The notes under the pieces were generated by a model. It saw nothing but the letters and a program-made list of their open reading frames with translations, was not told where the DNA came from and searched no databases. A program made the translations under genes and the position numbers. Of a stretch of DNA of 64,000 nucleotides, positions 24,911-39,930 are shown one piece after another. Where the stretch lies: contig OZ253375.1 in assembly GCA_965261005.1 (NCBI GenBank), positions 384,001 through 448,000 of the forward strand. Direction: 5' to 3'. Every line of letters begins with the position of its first letter. Position 1 is the stretch's first letter. Source of the stretch: Deinococcus sp. (GTDB taxonomy: Bacteria > Deinococcota > Deinococci > Deinococcales > Deinococcaceae).

Positions 24911-25291
24911 TCAAAAGCGCCTGAAGCGTCGGACCAGCCACACCACCAAGGCGATCACGGCGATCAGCGCGATCAGATTGAACAGCAGCCCCAGCAGGCT
25001 CCAAAGCGCGCCGCCACCAAAAGAACTGCCGAAAAAGCCGAACGGATGAACGCCGAAAAACGGCACGAAGAAGAAATTTTTGCGCGTTCGGTAAGCGTTG
25101 CCCGGCGAGCTGAGGCGTGGGGTTTGGACTGGTGCCCGAACGCTCGGCGCCCGCCGCAACGGGCTGGACCGGAAACCGCGCGAGCCGCCGAAGCCCCCGC
25201 CGCTGCGGCGCGCGTCGGCAAAGGAGAGCAGCCCCACCAGCACGGCCAGCAGCAGGGCGAGAACGCGAATAAGACGGCGGCCATTGTACAT
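24911..25291 (-). CDS. small membrane protein (signal peptide, Gly/Ser-rich stretch, C-terminal TM)
   Basis: ADARRSGGGFGGSRGF motif and hydrophobic ends. Confidence 0.6.
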   Translation of the reverse strand: MYNGRRLIRVLALLLAVLVGLLSFADARRSGGGFGGSRGFRSSPLRRAPSVRAPVQTPRLSSPGNAYRTRKNFFFVPFFGVHPFGFFGSSFGGGALWSLLGLLFNLIALIAVIALVVWLVRRFRRF

Positions 25292-25346
25292 ACCTTATGT
25301 ACGCGCCCAGTTCGGCGTTGGTTGCGCCATCAACCCAGCGCCCACA

Positions 25347-26117
25347 TCAACCCAGCGCCCGCGCCATGTCCAGCACGCTGCCGAGTTCCAAGCTCGCCCC
25401 ACCGACCAGGACCCCGTTCACGCTCGGCTGGCCGCAGATCTCGGCGACGTTGTCCGCCTTGACGCTGCCGCCGTAAAGAATCCGAATGCCCGCCCCCGCC
25501 TCACCGTACAGTTCGCCCAGCGCGCCGCGAATGGCCCCGGCCATCTCCTCGGCGTCCGCCGCCGTGGCCGTCTTGCCGGTGCCAATGGCCCAGACCGGCT
25601 CGTAGGCGATCACCACGTTTTCCGGCGCCACATCTTCCAAGCTGCCGCGCAACTGCGTCAGCGTGACCGTGACGTGCCGCCCGAGTTCGCGCACGTCCAG
25701 CGGTTCGCCCACGCACAGGATGGGGGAGAGGCCCCCTTGCTGCGCCGCGCGCGCCTTGGCAGCCACCGCCTCGTCGGTTTCGAAGTGCAGGACCCGCCGC
25801 TCGCTGTGACCCACGGCGGCGTAAGTGCAGCCGAGGTCGGCCAGCATGGCGGCGCTCACCTCGCCGGTGTGGGCGCCCGCTGCGAAGCGGCTCACGTCCT
25901 GCGCGCCGTACCTGATGGGGCCGCCGCGCAGCTCGGCGGCCATCCCCGGTAAGTCCACGAAGGGCGCCAGCACAGTCACCTCGGCGCCCGTTTCGCCCAA
26001 GTCCCGCTTCAGACTGGCCCCCCACGGCCCCACCTCGGAGGGCAGCTTGTTCATCTTCCAGTTGAGCGCCAGCAGGGGGCGCGGCTTGGCGTCGTTTTTG
26101 GCGTCGTTTGCGGTCAT
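25347..26117 (-). CDS. tpiA: triosephosphate isomerase
   Basis: [35 protein letters not shown]. Confidence 0.96.
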   Translation of the reverse strand: MTANDAKNDAKPRPLLALNWKMNKLPSEVGPWGASLKRDLGETGAEVTVLAPFVDLPGMAAELRGGPIRYGAQDVSRFAAGAHTGEVSAAMLADLGCTYAAVGHSERRVLHFETDEAVAAKARAAQQGGLSPILCVGEPLDVRELGRHVTVTLTQLRGSLEDVAPENVVIAYEPVWAIGTGKTATAADAEEMAGAIRGALGELYGEAGAGIRILYGGSVKADNVAEICGQPSVNGVLVGGASLELGSVLDMARALG

Positions 26118-26228
26118 GCGGGTCTCCCCATCGGTCTCGTTATCGGTCTCGTTCCGAATATATACAAGTTGATGTTGCCATGTTCTATTTTGTGGCGTTC
26201 TACGGCCCACCGGAGCGCTGGGCCGTTC

Positions 26229-27395
26229 CTACGCCATCGCCGCCACCCCCGGCAACTCCCGTCCCTCCAACAACTCCAAGCTGGCCCCACCCCCGGTCGA
26301 GATATGGCTGACCTGCCCAGCCAGGCCGCTCTGGTTGATGGCGCTCACCGAGTCGCCGCCGCCGATCACGCTGTAGGCGCCTTTCAGACCCGCCACCGCC
26401 CGCGCGACGGCCTCGGTGCCCGCCGCGAACTTCTCGAACTCGAAGACGCCCATCGGGCCGTTCCAAAAGACGGTCTTCGCGCCCCGCAAAGCTTCCGTAT
26501 ATCTTTTGCGCGTTTCCGGGCCGATGTCGAGGCCCTGCCAGCCGTCCGGAATGTCGTGGGTGGGCACCACCCGCGTCTGGGCGTCCTCCGCGAAGCGGTC
26601 GGCCGCCACCACGTCCGTTGGCAACTCGATTTTTTCCGCGTACTTCCCGAGCAGCCGCGCCGCGAGGTCCAGCTGGTCGTCCTCGTGAATGCTGTCGCCA
26701 ATCCGGCCGCCGCGCGCCTTGACAAAGGTGTAGGCCATGCCGCCCCCGATCAACAGCCGGTCCACCTTCGGCAGCAGGTGTTCAATGACCCCCAGCTTGT
26801 CGCTGACCTTGGCCCCACCGATGATGACGACGTAGGGCCGCGCGGGGTCGTTCAGCAGCTTGCCGAGCGCCCCCACCTCCTTTTCCATCAAAAAGCCCGC
26901 CGCGTGCGGCAGGAAGGCCGCCACGCCGCTCACGCTGGCGTGCGCCCGGTGTGCGCTGCCAAAGGCGTCCAGCACGAAGACGTCGCCCAAGGCGGAGAGA
27001 CGGCGCGCCAAGTCGGGGTCGTTCTGCTCCTCGCCCGCCTCAAAGCGCACGTTCTCCAAGAGGGCCACCTCGCCCGGCTGCAAATCTGCCAGCGCGCCCG
27101 CCGTCTCCGGGCTGCCCGGCAAGCTCGGCAGGTAGCGCACCGGCCGGCCCAGCAAGGCCTCCAACGCCGCCGCCACCGGTTTCAGACGGTACTTGTCGTC
27201 CGGCCCGTTCTTGGGCCGTCCCAAGTGGCTCATCAGGATCACGGCCGCGCCCTCGTCGAGCAAGAATTCGATGGTGGGCAGCGAGGCGTCGATGCGGGTG
27301 GCGTCCACGATGCAGCCATTCTCCATCGGCACGTTGTAATCCACCCGCACCAACACGCGCTTGCCGCGCACGTCCACGTCGCTCAAGGTCTGCAT
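26229..27395 (-). CDS. pgk: phosphoglycerate kinase
   Basis: [30 protein letters not shown]. Confidence 0.97.
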   Translation of the reverse strand: MQTLSDVDVRGKRVLVRVDYNVPMENGCIVDATRIDASLPTIEFLLDEGAAVILMSHLGRPKNGPDDKYRLKPVAAALEALLGRPVRYLPSLPGSPETAGALADLQPGEVALLENVRFEAGEEQNDPDLARRLSALGDVFVLDAFGSAHRAHASVSGVAAFLPHAAGFLMEKEVGALGKLLNDPARPYVVIIGGAKVSDKLGVIEHLLPKVDRLLIGGGMAYTFVKARGGRIGDSIHEDDQLDLAARLLGKYAEKIELPTDVVAADRFAEDAQTRVVPTHDIPDGWQGLDIGPETRKRYTEALRGAKTVFWNGPMGVFEFEKFAAGTEAVARAVAGLKGAYSVIGGGDSVSAINQSGLAGQVSHISTGGGASLELLEGRELPGVAAMA

Positions 27396-27417
27396 GTGTT
27401 CCTCCGGGAAACGCTTC

Positions 27418-28458
<1,041 letters not shown>

Positions 28459-28492
28459 TTAACGCACGCCCCGCGGTGCTACCATTCCGGGA

Positions 28493-29890
<1,398 letters not shown>

Positions 29891-29916
29891 ATATATACAA
29901 CCCAAATGATCAAACG

Positions 29917-30836
29917 TTAGTCAACTAATCTGTCCGCCACCTCTAAAAAAGGTGCCCCCAGTGCCGGCAAGCCGTGCCGCGCGCAGTACAGCCCAGTCGA
30001 GACCCGCTCCAAATAGGCCCACTGCCAAATCGCTTCCACCCCAATCCCGGTAATCCGCGCCAGCTGCCCACACCAACCACGCAGCTCCGCAGAAGGGTTC
30101 GCAGACGCCAAAAGCTGCGTGTTCCAGCCACGCAGCGCGACCCCGAGGTCATACTCCGGCTCGCAGAGAAAGCCCTCCGGGTCCACAAACACGTAGCCCG
30201 TCTCGGCGCCAGGACGCTCAGCCTTTACGGGGAGCAAGTTCCCCACGTGCGGATCGCCGTGAACCACCACCTGCCGTCCCGGATCGCGCGCCTTCAAGCG
30301 CTCACGGGCGTACGACAGCGCCCGGTCCACCACACGGCCTCTCACGTTCCCGGCGAGGTCGCGCACAAGGGCGAACAGCCCGGCCGCCTTGTGTTCAGAC
30401 GCGACCCGAACCCAGCCTTCCGGCGGCGCCTGCCACGCCCGCGTCAGCGTTGCGGCCGTGAAGGCCAACGCGGCGGGCACGTCGGCCGCCGACTCGTCCA
30501 GCGGCGGCCCGAGGGATTCCAGCAAGAAAGCGCCCCGCGCCAGGTCGTGGGCGAACACCCGGACGTAGCCGCAACCCCGGGCAGCCAGCAAAACCGCCAA
30601 CTGTGTTGCTAGAGTCGGCTCCGGCAAGGCCAGCTTGATGACGGCTCGCCGCCCGTCAGCCATCGTCACGCGGCAGACGTAAGAGCGGCTGCCGCCCGAC
30701 AACGGCTCGCCCAACCGGAGCTTCCAAGCAAGACACTGCCGTTCCACGGCGGCGGGCAGCGCGTTCAACCACAGCTGACCGGACGCGCCCAAACTCTGCG
30801 CGTAGGCCCGCACGCTGGGCTGCACCACCACCTCCC

Positions 30837-30840
<4 letters not shown>
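29917..30840 (-). CDS. aminoglycoside/hydroxyurea phosphotransferase family (APH(6)-like)
   Basis: [23 protein letters not shown] overlaps the asnS stop. Confidence 0.7.
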
Positions 30841-32168
<1,328 letters not shown>

Positions 32169-32207
32169 GCGGGCGATTATAGAAGCAAACCGCCCCACAC
32201 GCGCCCG

Positions 32208-33005
32208 CTACATATTCAGCGCCAGTTCCAGCGCCTCCGCCAAGCCCCCCTGGTCCACGTCCGCCACCTGCCGGCTCGCCGCCGCACGCGCGGCCTCGTC
32301 GGCGTTGCCCATCGCCACCGCAAAGCCGACCGCGCGCATGGCCACGACGTCGTTGTGGCCGTCGCCCACCATCATCACCCGCGCGAGCGGCACCCCGTAG
32401 GCCGCCGCCACCTGGCGCACGGCGCTGCCCTTGTCCACGCCAGGGGCAGTCAAGCTGACGAAGAGGGTGTCCGGCATCACCGGCGAGCCGGCGGGGGAGA
32501 CGCTCAAATCACCCGCCTGGGCCAGCAGCTCGTCGCGCACGGCGTCCTCATACGGCAGCAGCCACTGGGCGCGCACGATCTTACCGGAAAACGAGAGCAG
32601 GTCGCGCGGCTCAAAGGGCACGCCCAGCAAGTCGGCGTGCCGGCGGGCGCGCTCGCCGGCGCTTTCCACCGCGTAGGCGCCGTCGGTGTACAGCTCCAGC
32701 ACCTGCCCGCTGGCACGCGCCAAGGCGACCAAACGCCCCGCGTCTCCCTGCGGCAAGGCCACCGAGCGTGACTCGCCGCTCGCCAGGTTCACCACGCTGG
32801 CCCCGTTCTGAAAGACGTGCCATCCCGCTGGGTCCAGCCGCTCGGCGTAGCCGCGCGCGTTGCCAAAGGCCGGCCGCCCCGAGCACAGCGCGAGGCGCAT
32901 GCCCGCCGCCCGCGCGCGCTGGGTGGCCGCCCACACCTCCGGCAAGACCACGCCGCCCGACCCCACCAAGGTGCCGTCCACGTCAATACACACCAATCCG
33001 AGCAT
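32208..33005 (-). CDS. Cof-type HAD-IIB hydrolase
   Basis: DVDGTL, SGRP, DKG, GDGHND, MGNA. Confidence 0.88.
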   Translation of the reverse strand: MLGLVCIDVDGTLVGSGGVVLPEVWAATQRARAAGMRLALCSGRPAFGNARGYAERLDPAGWHVFQNGASVVNLASGESRSVALPQGDAGRLVALARASGQVLELYTDGAYAVESAGERARRHADLLGVPFEPRDLLSFSGKIVRAQWLLPYEDAVRDELLAQAGDLSVSPAGSPVMPDTLFVSLTAPGVDKGSAVRQVAAAYGVPLARVMMVGDGHNDVVAMRAVGFAVAMGNADEAARAAASRQVADVDQGGLAEALELALNM

Positions 33006-33010
33006 GCGCC

Positions 33011-34750
33011 TCAATCCTCCGTCAGCGCCACGCCGGCTTCGGCCAATTGCGCGGCGTTCACCGGCCCCGGCGCCCCGGTCATCAAGTCCACCCCGCGGTT
33101 GTTCTTGGGAAAGGCGATCACCTCCCTGATCGAGGCGGCGTGCGCCATCACCATGATCAAGCGGTCAAAGCCCCACGCGACGCCGCCGTGCGGCGGGGTG
33201 CCGTACCCGAGGGCGTCCAGAAAAAAGCCGAACTTGCCTCTCGCCTCCTCGTCGGTCAGGCCGATGGCGGCGAACATGCGGCGCTGCACTTCCGGGTCGT
33301 GAATGCGCAGCGAGCCGCCGCCCACCTCGAAGCCGTTGAGAACGAGGTCGTAGGCCTGGGCGCGGATCTGCCCCTGACGCTCGCCGCCGAAGAGGTCGAG
33401 GTCGTCCGGGTGCGGGGCGGTGAAGGGATGGTGCATGTAGGTCCAATCACCGTCCTCACCGCGCTCCAACTGTGGAAAGTCGGTGACCCACGACACGTGA
33501 AAGCGCGGTCCCGAGCCGGCCAAGTCGAACAGATCGCGCAGCGCCAAGCGCACCGCCCCCAGCGCCTCCACGGCGGGGCGCCACGCGCCGGCCGAAAACA
33601 GCAAGGTTTCGCCCTCAGAAACGCCGGTCAGTTCGATCAAAGCCCCCGCTTGCCCCGTCACAAACTTGCCGATGCCGCCCGCAAACCCCTCACCCTCGCG
33701 GCGCAGCCACGCCAGGCCGCGCGCGCCGTTCTGCTTGGCGACCCGCTCCAATTCAGCGATCTGCTTGCGGGTCAGCTCCGGGGCGCGCAGCACCTTGACG
33801 CTGTCCCCCGCCGCCACCGCGTCCCGGAAGGCGGCAAACTCGCCCCCGCGGAACAGCTCGGTCGCGTCCTGAAGCTCAAGGCCGAAGCGCAAGTCGGGCT
33901 TGTCCGAGCCGTAGCGGTCCATCGCCTCGAAGTAGGTCAGGCGCGAAAAGGGGGTGGGCAGCTCAAAGGCCAGCACCTCGGCAAAGACGTAGCGCAGCAG
34001 CCGCTCGTTCAGGTCGAGAATGTCCTCCTGGCCGACAAAGCTCATCTCCAAGTCGAGTTGGGTGAAGTCGGGCTGGCGGTCGGCGCGCAAGTCCTCGTCG
34101 CGGAAGCAGCGCGCGAATTGGTAATAGCGGTCCACCCCGGCGATCATCAAGAGCTGCTTGAAGAGCTGCGGCGATTGCGGCAGGGCGTAGAAATCCCCCC
34201 GGTTCAGCCTGGACGGCACCAGAAAGTCACGCGCGCCCTCGGGGGTGCTCAGGGTCAGCATGGGGGTCTCAACGTACACGAAGCCCTCGGCGTCCAGAAA
34301 GCGGGTGATGGCCGCCTGCACCTTGGAGCGCAGCAGCAGGTGGCGGAACATCTCCGGGCGGCGTAAGTCGAGGTAGCGGTAGCGCAGCCGCACGTCCTCG
34401 GACACGCGCTCACCGGTCTCCAGCTCAAAGGGCGGCGTGGCGGCGGCCGAGAGAAGTTCCAAGCGCGACGCCGACAGCTCGTACTGACCCAGGCCCTCTT
34501 TGCGCTGCCCCTCGGGGCGCAACCGCAACTCGCCCTCCACCTCCAGCACGTCCTCGGCGCGCACCCGCTCTGCCGCCCCAAAGGCGGGACTGTCCGGCTC
34601 CACCTGCACCTGCACCACGCCGCTGCGGTCGCGCAGCTCGATAAAAATCAGAGCGCCGAGGTCACGCCGCCGCGCCGCCCAGCCCTGCAACATGACCCGC
34701 TGACCCAGCCAGGCCTCGCCCATCTCGCCGATGTATCCGCTTCGCTTCAC
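33011..34750 (-). CDS. aspS: aspartate-tRNA ligase
   Basis: [43 protein letters not shown]. Confidence 0.96.
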   Translation of the reverse strand: MKRSGYIGEMGEAWLGQRVMLQGWAARRRDLGALIFIELRDRSGVVQVQVEPDSPAFGAAERVRAEDVLEVEGELRLRPEGQRKEGLGQYELSASRLELLSAAATPPFELETGERVSEDVRLRYRYLDLRRPEMFRHLLLRSKVQAAITRFLDAEGFVYVETPMLTLSTPEGARDFLVPSRLNRGDFYALPQSPQLFKQLLMIAGVDRYYQFARCFRDEDLRADRQPDFTQLDLEMSFVGQEDILDLNERLLRYVFAEVLAFELPTPFSRLTYFEAMDRYGSDKPDLRFGLELQDATELFRGGEFAAFRDAVAAGDSVKVLRAPELTRKQIAELERVAKQNGARGLAWLRREGEGFAGGIGKFVTGQAGALIELTGVSEGETLLFSAGAWRPAVEALGAVRLALRDLFDLAGSGPRFHVSWVTDFPQLERGEDGDWTYMHHPFTAPHPDDLDLFGGERQGQIRAQAYDLVLNGFEVGGGSLRIHDPEVQRRMFAAIGLTDEEARGKFGFFLDALGYGTPPHGGVAWGFDRLIMVMAHAASIREVIAFPKNNRGVDLMTGAPGPVNAAQLAEAGVALTED

Positions 34751-36078
34751 AACCGCTCCTCTGTCACGGCGCTTTCCCCGCCGAACACACGCCCCGCCAA
34801 AAAGTCCAGCAACTCCGCTTGCGCCACCTCGTCCTGTCGCCCGCTGACCAAGTCGCGCACGCTCAAGGTACCCGAAGCGGCCTCACGCTCGCCCAGCAGC
34901 GCCGCGAAGCGCGCCCCGCGCCGCGCCGCGTCTTGCAGGGCGGCGGCCGGCTTGCGCGCGCGCACCGCGAACTCGGCCCGGCCCAGCTCGCGCGCCGCCA
35001 AGGTCAGTTGGGCCGCCTCGGCGACCAGTTCCTCGTCGAGGGCCGCCACGAACAGCAGCGGCGGGGCCGCTTCCGGCACCGTGACCCCCTCCGCCTGAAG
35101 GGCCAGCAGCGCCCGCTCCACCCCAAAGGCCCAGCCGACCGCCGGCGTGGGCGGGCCACCCAGCTCACCGATCAGCCCGTCGTAGCGCCCGCCGCCGCCC
35201 AGGGCGCTTTGGGCGCCAAGGCCCGCGTGGTGCACCTCCCAAGCGGTGCGGTTGTAGTAATCCAGGCCGCGCACCAGGGTCGGGTCGAGAATGTACGCCA
35301 CCCCCCAAGCGTCCAAAAAGCCGCGTACCGCCGCGAAGTGCGCGGCCGCCGCCGGCCCGAGGAAGTCGAGCATCGGCCGCGGGGCGAGTTCGCGCAGCAC
35401 GGCCCCATCGCCGGCGTCCTTGCTGTCGAGAATGCGCATCGGGTTGCGCAACAGGCGCTCGCGCGAATCGGCCGAGAGTCGGTCCTCTGCCGCGCCGAAC
35501 ACCTCCCTCAGGTAGGCGTTGTACGCCGCGCGGTCCCCCGAATCGCCCAGCGAGCCGAGCCGCAGCTCGAGGCCCGTGAGTCCCAATTGGCGGTACACCC
35601 GCAGCATCAGCGCGATGGCCTCGGCGTCCAGCACGGCCTCTGCCCCGCCAATCACCTCGTAGTCCACCTGGTGAAACTGGCGGTAGCGCCCGCGCTGGTT
35701 GCGCTCGGCGCGGAACATCGCCCCGTGGGTCCACAGCCGCAGGGGAGAGGGCAGCTGCTTGAGGCCGTTCTCCAGGTAGGCGCGCGCCAAGGGCGCGGTG
35801 CCCTCCGGGCGCAAGATATACCCGCCGTGCTCGCCGAAGTAGGTCACGCGGAACATCTCCTTGCGCACGATGTCGCTCGACCCGCCGACCCCGCGCCGCA
35901 CCAAGTCCGCCTCCTCGAACATGGGCGTGACCATCAATTGGGCGCCGGCGCGCGAAAGCGCCTCGCCCGCCACGGCGACGACGTGGGCGTGGGCGCGCGC
36001 GCTGGTGAGCAACTCCGCTTTGGGCGTCCCCTGAGGCAGCAGATCGAGGGTGCCCTGGGGCTTTTTCAAAAGGGCCAT
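34747..36078 (-). CDS. hisS: histidine-tRNA ligase
   Basis: [36 protein letters not shown] 7 nt before the ATG at 36078. Confidence 0.95.
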   Translation of the reverse strand: MALLKKPQGTLDLLPQGTPKAELLTSARAHAHVVAVAGEALSRAGAQLMVTPMFEEADLVRRGVGGSSDIVRKEMFRVTYFGEHGGYILRPEGTAPLARAYLENGLKQLPSPLRLWTHGAMFRAERNQRGRYRQFHQVDYEVIGGAEAVLDAEAIALMLRVYRQLGLTGLELRLGSLGDSGDRAAYNAYLREVFGAAEDRLSADSRERLLRNPMRILDSKDAGDGAVLRELAPRPMLDFLGPAAAAHFAAVRGFLDAWGVAYILDPTLVRGLDYYNRTAWEVHHAGLGAQSALGGGGRYDGLIGELGGPPTPAVGWAFGVERALLALQAEGVTVPEAAPPLLFVAALDEELVAEAAQLTLAARELGRAEFAVRARKPAAALQDAARRGARFAALLGEREAASGTLSVRDLVSGRQDEVAQAELLDFLAGRVFGGESAVTEERL

Positions 36079-36130
36079 GTCGGCCAGTATAGCCAGCCCG
36101 ACGGCCGTGACTTTTTTAGACGAACATTGA

Positions 36131-36177
36131 AACGAAAAAACGAAAAAAGGCGCCGCCCCCAAACGGGACGTCGCCCA
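36131..36177 (-). terminator. probable intrinsic terminator
   Basis: GC-rich hairpin followed by TTTTTTCGTTTTTT on the minus strand. Confidence 0.55.
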
Positions 36178-36188
36178 CAACCGAGCGC

Positions 36189-36569
36189 CTACTGCCGGAC
36201 GCTGTAGGGCAAGCCGGTCGAGCGCAGACCCGCCACCTCGACGAACAGCCAGCCGCCGCCGACCGGGGCGCCCGGCGGCACGGTGAACACGATTTTGGAG
36301 TCGGTCCAGCTGACCACGGCGCCCGCCGGAATCAGGTAGCCGCCGGCGCCGGTCACATCGGCGCCAAGGCGCACCCGCCCGGTCGTGGGGCCGCCCAGAT
36401 AACGGCCCTGCACCGTGACGGTTTCGCCGGGCCGCGCGGCCTCGCCGACCTTGAGCAGCACGGGCGTCACGCTGACGCCGAGGGTCGTTTGGGGCCGGGG
36501 CATGCAGCCGGCGAGCAGCGGAAAGAGCAAAAGGGATACAATCAAGACACGCGACACGTTGGCCTCCAT
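36189..36569 (-). CDS. lipoprotein with IPT/TIG-like domain
   Basis: LLAGC lipobox; [21 protein letters not shown]. Confidence 0.7.
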   Translation of the reverse strand: MEANVSRVLIVSLLLFPLLAGCMPRPQTTLGVSVTPVLLKVGEAARPGETVTVQGRYLGGPTTGRVRLGADVTGAGGYLIPAGAVVSWTDSKIVFTVPPGAPVGGGWLFVEVAGLRSTGLPYSVRQ

Positions 36570-36593
36570 GAGAACAGCTTAATCTTTTTAAGA

Positions 36594-37520
36594 ATGACGG
36601 GTCAACTGAACAACCGCCGTATATTACTTCTCGAAAATCCGAAGTCCGGCGCGGGCGCGGGCGCCCAGGCCCTGAGCGCGCTGCTCAGGCGGCAGGGCGC
36701 TCAGCTGACGGTGCGCGTGCTGGAAGCGGACGTGGCCTGCGAACGCTACTTGCGCGACCTGCGCGAGTTCGACACCTTGGTGGTGGCCGGCGGCGACGGC
36801 ACGGTCAGCTCGGTGAGCTACGCGGCGCGCGGCAGCGGCGTCCCCATGCTGATCTGTCCGGCGGGCACCGCCAACTTGGTGGCGCAGAATTTACAGCTGC
36901 CCAGCTCACCGGAGGCGCTGCTGGGCGTGTTGCGGCGCGGCCAGGTTGTCACCACGGACCTCGGCGAACTGGAGGTTAGCGATCAGCTGTACGGCTTCGC
37001 CATGCTGGCCGGCGCGGGCCTCGACGCCGAGATCATTCGCGGAAGCGAGGACCTCAAGGCCAAGCTCGGCGCGCTGTCCTACCTGGTCAGCGGGTTCAAG
37101 CAGCTCTCGCCCACGCAGACCCGCTTCATCCTCGACCTCGATGGGCGCCGAATCGAAACCGAGGGCCTCTCGGTTTTGATCGCCAACTTCGGCCGGCTCA
37201 ACTTCCGCCTGCCGATTGCGGCCGGCATCGACCCCGCCGACGGCCAGCTGAGCGTGCTGATCGTCAAGGGCCAACACGTCGTGAGCCTGCTGCCCCACCT
37301 GCTGGGCGCCCTGAGCGTCAAGCTGGGCCTACGGGCGCCCGCACCGCACCGCAATCTGGAGCGCTACACCTGCGCGCAGGTGCGCGTCGAGGCCGACCAC
37401 GCCTTGCCGCTGGAGTACGACGGCGAGCTGCTGAAGGCGTCCCTTCCGATGACGTTGCGGGTGCTGCCGGGGGCGGCCCTGTTTCTGACCGACCTGACGC
37501 CAGGGGTGCTGACCACCTGA
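36594..37520 (+). CDS. diacylglycerol/lipid kinase family protein
   Basis: NPKSG, GGDGT, PAGTAN, DGE motifs. Confidence 0.85.
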   Translation: MTGQLNNRRILLLENPKSGAGAGAQALSALLRRQGAQLTVRVLEADVACERYLRDLREFDTLVVAGGDGTVSSVSYAARGSGVPMLICPAGTANLVAQNLQLPSSPEALLGVLRRGQVVTTDLGELEVSDQLYGFAMLAGAGLDAEIIRGSEDLKAKLGALSYLVSGFKQLSPTQTRFILDLDGRRIETEGLSVLIANFGRLNFRLPIAAGIDPADGQLSVLIVKGQHVVSLLPHLLGALSVKLGLRAPAPHRNLERYTCAQVRVEADHALPLEYDGELLKASLPMTLRVLPGAALFLTDLTPGVLTT

Positions 37521-37524
37521 CCAT

Positions 37525-38562
37525 CTAAAGCTCGTCCTCGACTTTCTCCAGCGCCTCACGGCGAACGTCTGCGTCCAGCTTGGCGTAGATGGCGCTGGTG
37601 GCGATGTTGGCATGGCCCAGCAAATCGGCCACCACGTGGAGGTCGCGCGTGGCGCGGTACAGGCGGGTGCCGGCGGTGCGGCGCAGGGTGTGAACGCCAA
37701 ACATGTCCTTTGGCAAGCCCGCCCGCGCCAGGTAGCCGTTCACCACCTCGCGCAACCCCCGCACGGAGAGCCGCGCGCCCAGATGTGAGGGACGAAACGA
37801 GATCAGCAGCGCCTGCTCGCCCGCCGGCAGCGCGCCGCGCAGGCGCATGGCCTCGCGGGCCAGCAGCCAGCGACCGAAGTCCTGCGCGGCGGCGCGGGTC
37901 AGCGGCAGGCGGCGGGCCTTGCCCCCCTTGCCCAGCCGGACGTGCAGCTCGCCCAACCCGAGGTCGAGGTCGTGGACGTTCAGCCCCACCATCTCGCCGG
38001 CGCGCAAGCCCAGCGTGGCGCCCAGCGTTAGAATCGCCGCGTCGCGCGCGGCCATCTCATGGTCGCCGTGCAGTTCCGCCGGCAACGCCAGCAGCCGTCT
38101 CAGCTGGGCGGGCGGCACGGCCCGCTTGCGTGCGTGCGCGGGCGTGGGATCGTGCGGCGGCTTCACGCCCGACGCCGGGTCCTCGCGCAGGGCGCCCGAC
38201 CACACCAGCGCCCGAAACAGGGCGCGCAGGCCGTACAGATAGCTGCGCACGCTGGAAAGCGCCAAGCCGCGGGCGCGCAGCCCGATCAGATAGCGCTCGA
38301 TTACCTCATCGTCAAGCTGGTTGAGGGCGTGCCTGGGCCGCTCCGGCGGCCCGGTGAAGTTGAGAAAGTCGCGCAGCGCGAGACGGTAGGCGCGCAGGGT
38401 CGCGTCGCTGACCGCGCCGGCCCGGCGGCTCTTGAGGCGCAGATGGTACTCCAGCAGATCGCCCAAAGCGTCCTCGTCTTGGGCGTGGGCGGCGCGCAGC
38501 GCCTCGCGGCGGCGATTCTCGGGGGTGGCCCACCTGCTCGACAGCGTGATCTCGGCGCTCAT
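37525..38562 (-). CDS. Xer-like tyrosine recombinase
   Basis: SAM-like N-domain; catalytic R (GLRAGE), K (GKGGK), HTLRR, LGHA, Y (IYAK). Confidence 0.9.
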   Translation of the reverse strand: MSAEITLSSRWATPENRRREALRAAHAQDEDALGDLLEYHLRLKSRRAGAVSDATLRAYRLALRDFLNFTGPPERPRHALNQLDDEVIERYLIGLRARGLALSSVRSYLYGLRALFRALVWSGALREDPASGVKPPHDPTPAHARKRAVPPAQLRRLLALPAELHGDHEMAARDAAILTLGATLGLRAGEMVGLNVHDLDLGLGELHVRLGKGGKARRLPLTRAAAQDFGRWLLAREAMRLRGALPAGEQALLISFRPSHLGARLSVRGLREVVNGYLARAGLPKDMFGVHTLRRTAGTRLYRATRDLHVVADLLGHANIATSAIYAKLDADVRREALEKVEDEL

Positions 38563-38566
38563 GGAT

Positions 38567-38620
38567 GGCAGTCTACCCTATTGCCGCTAAGTGTCATTAG
38601 CGGCAATAGGGTAGACTGCC
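38567..38620. repeat. perfect inverted repeat, 24-bp arms with 6-bp spacer; candidate dif-like recombination site
   Basis: GGCAGTCTACCCTATTGCCGCTAA-GTGTCA-TTAGCGGCAATAGGGTAGACTGCC; the repeat is seen directly, the dif role is inferred. Confidence 0.7.
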
Positions 38621-38647
38621 GCCTCCACATCTTGAACGGCACCCTCA

Positions 38648-38664
38648 TTCTGTTATAGACTAAA
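38648..38664 (+). promoter_or_regulatory. RDRM (DdrO operator) overlapping the ddrA promoter
   Basis: TTCTGTTATAGACTAAA 3 nt before the ddrA ATG; TTGAAC-N18-TAGACT promoter. Confidence 0.8.
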
Positions 38665-38667
38665 TCC

Positions 38668-39270
38668 ATGAAGCTCAGCGATGTTCAGAGACGACTGGCG
38701 GCCCCCTTTCCCAGCCACGAGGTCGCTTGGAAGCCGCAAGCCATCAGCAAAGACAAAAGGCGCGCTTTGATGGTCGCCTACGTGGACGCCCGCGCCGTGA
38801 TGGAGCGCCTGGACGCGGTGTGCCCGAACGAGTGGAACTTTGAAATCGAGGTGGTGCCAGGAACGCCAACACCCACCGCCAAGGGACGGCTGACCGTGCT
38901 CGGCGTCGTCCGCGAGGACATCGGCGAGGCCGGCGAGGGTGAGGCCGGTACCCTCAAGGCGGCGGCCAGCGACGCCCTCAAGCGGTGTGCCGTTCACTTC
39001 GGCGTGGGGCGTTACCTGTACGACCTGCCGCTGGGCTGGATGGACTGGGACGAGGCGAGGCGGGCGCCGATGCGGACGCCGGAATTGCCCGAGTGGGCCA
39101 GGCCCGAACCCGAACGCACCCCCGGCGGCGCCCACTTGGTGCAGGCGCTCGAACAGCTGCGCTTCGAGTTGCCCGCCGACCTCGGCTTGCAGCGCGACAT
39201 CTACAAGCACCTGCGCGCGGCGCTGGCGACCATCAAACCGGAAGGAACGCTGGGCGAGCGCGCGGCCTGA
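38668..39270 (+). CDS. ddrA: DNA damage response protein DdrA (Rad52/Rad22 family)
   Basis: MKLSDVQRRLAAPFP..V.WKP, AYVDARAV, KAAASDALKRCAVHFGVGRYLY. Confidence 0.92.
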   Translation: MKLSDVQRRLAAPFPSHEVAWKPQAISKDKRRALMVAYVDARAVMERLDAVCPNEWNFEIEVVPGTPTPTAKGRLTVLGVVREDIGEAGEGEAGTLKAAASDALKRCAVHFGVGRYLYDLPLGWMDWDEARRAPMRTPELPEWARPEPERTPGGAHLVQALEQLRFELPADLGLQRDIYKHLRAALATIKPEGTLGERAA

Positions 39271-39284
39271 CCCGGGCGACCTGG

Positions 39285-39920
39285 TTACTCGGCCGGTCCC
39301 CGAATCTCCTCCGGGCGCACCTCGTGCGCCTCATGGTCGCGCTCGAAGAGTTCTTTTTGGGCGCGGGCCTGCACGTCGGGATGGTGGGACTGTTGGTCCT
39401 CCTTGGCCTGATGGCTGTAGCGCTGAAAAAACACCAAGGCGAAGACCACCACCGACAAGGCGCCGCCGAACTGCAAGGTCTGGATTGGCGCGTCCCAGCG
39501 AATGAAGTGTTCCAAAAAGGTGACGCCCATGATCACGATGATGACGCTGATGACCTTGCTCTCCAAGTCGTTGAGGGTCTCGACGCCCAGCGACACGGTC
39601 AAGTTCAGCGGCGCGATGAACAGGCTGTAAAGGCCGACGCCGATAATGTAGAACACCACCGCCTTGAGCATCACGCTGACGATCTCCAAGAACTGCACCG
39701 TCAGGTCGGTGCTGTTGAGGTTGCCGTCGAAAACGCGCGTCCAAGCGGCCCAAATGCTGCCGACCGCCTGCACGGTGCCCAGCAAAAACAGCGAGACCGC
39801 CACCAACATCACGGCGACCACAGCCAGCAGGACGATAAAACGCGAGCGGCCGATCACCTTGCTGAAGGGGGTGGGCGGCTTCTGGGCGGGGTCCACGGGA
39901 GCGCGCTGTGCTTTGGTCAT
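39285..39920 (-). CDS. YqhA/UPF0114-family membrane protein
   Basis: About four TM segments; GLYSLFI, LNDLESK. Confidence 0.75.
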   Translation of the reverse strand: MTKAQRAPVDPAQKPPTPFSKVIGRSRFIVLLAVVAVMLVAVSLFLLGTVQAVGSIWAAWTRVFDGNLNSTDLTVQFLEIVSVMLKAVVFYIIGVGLYSLFIAPLNLTVSLGVETLNDLESKVISVIIVIMGVTFLEHFIRWDAPIQTLQFGGALSVVVFALVFFQRYSHQAKEDQQSHHPDVQARAQKELFERDHEAHEVRPEEIRGPAE

Positions 39921-39930
39921 AGGTTGCCTT

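Noticed and set aside
37525..38562. Prophage or ICE integrase
   Set aside because: No phage, conjugation or tRNA genes nearby, and GC is host-like.
38567..38620. Protelomerase target or intrinsic terminator
   Set aside because: The centre is an asymmetric 6-mer, there is no T-tail, it lies between divergent genes, and the neighbour is a Xer-like enzyme.
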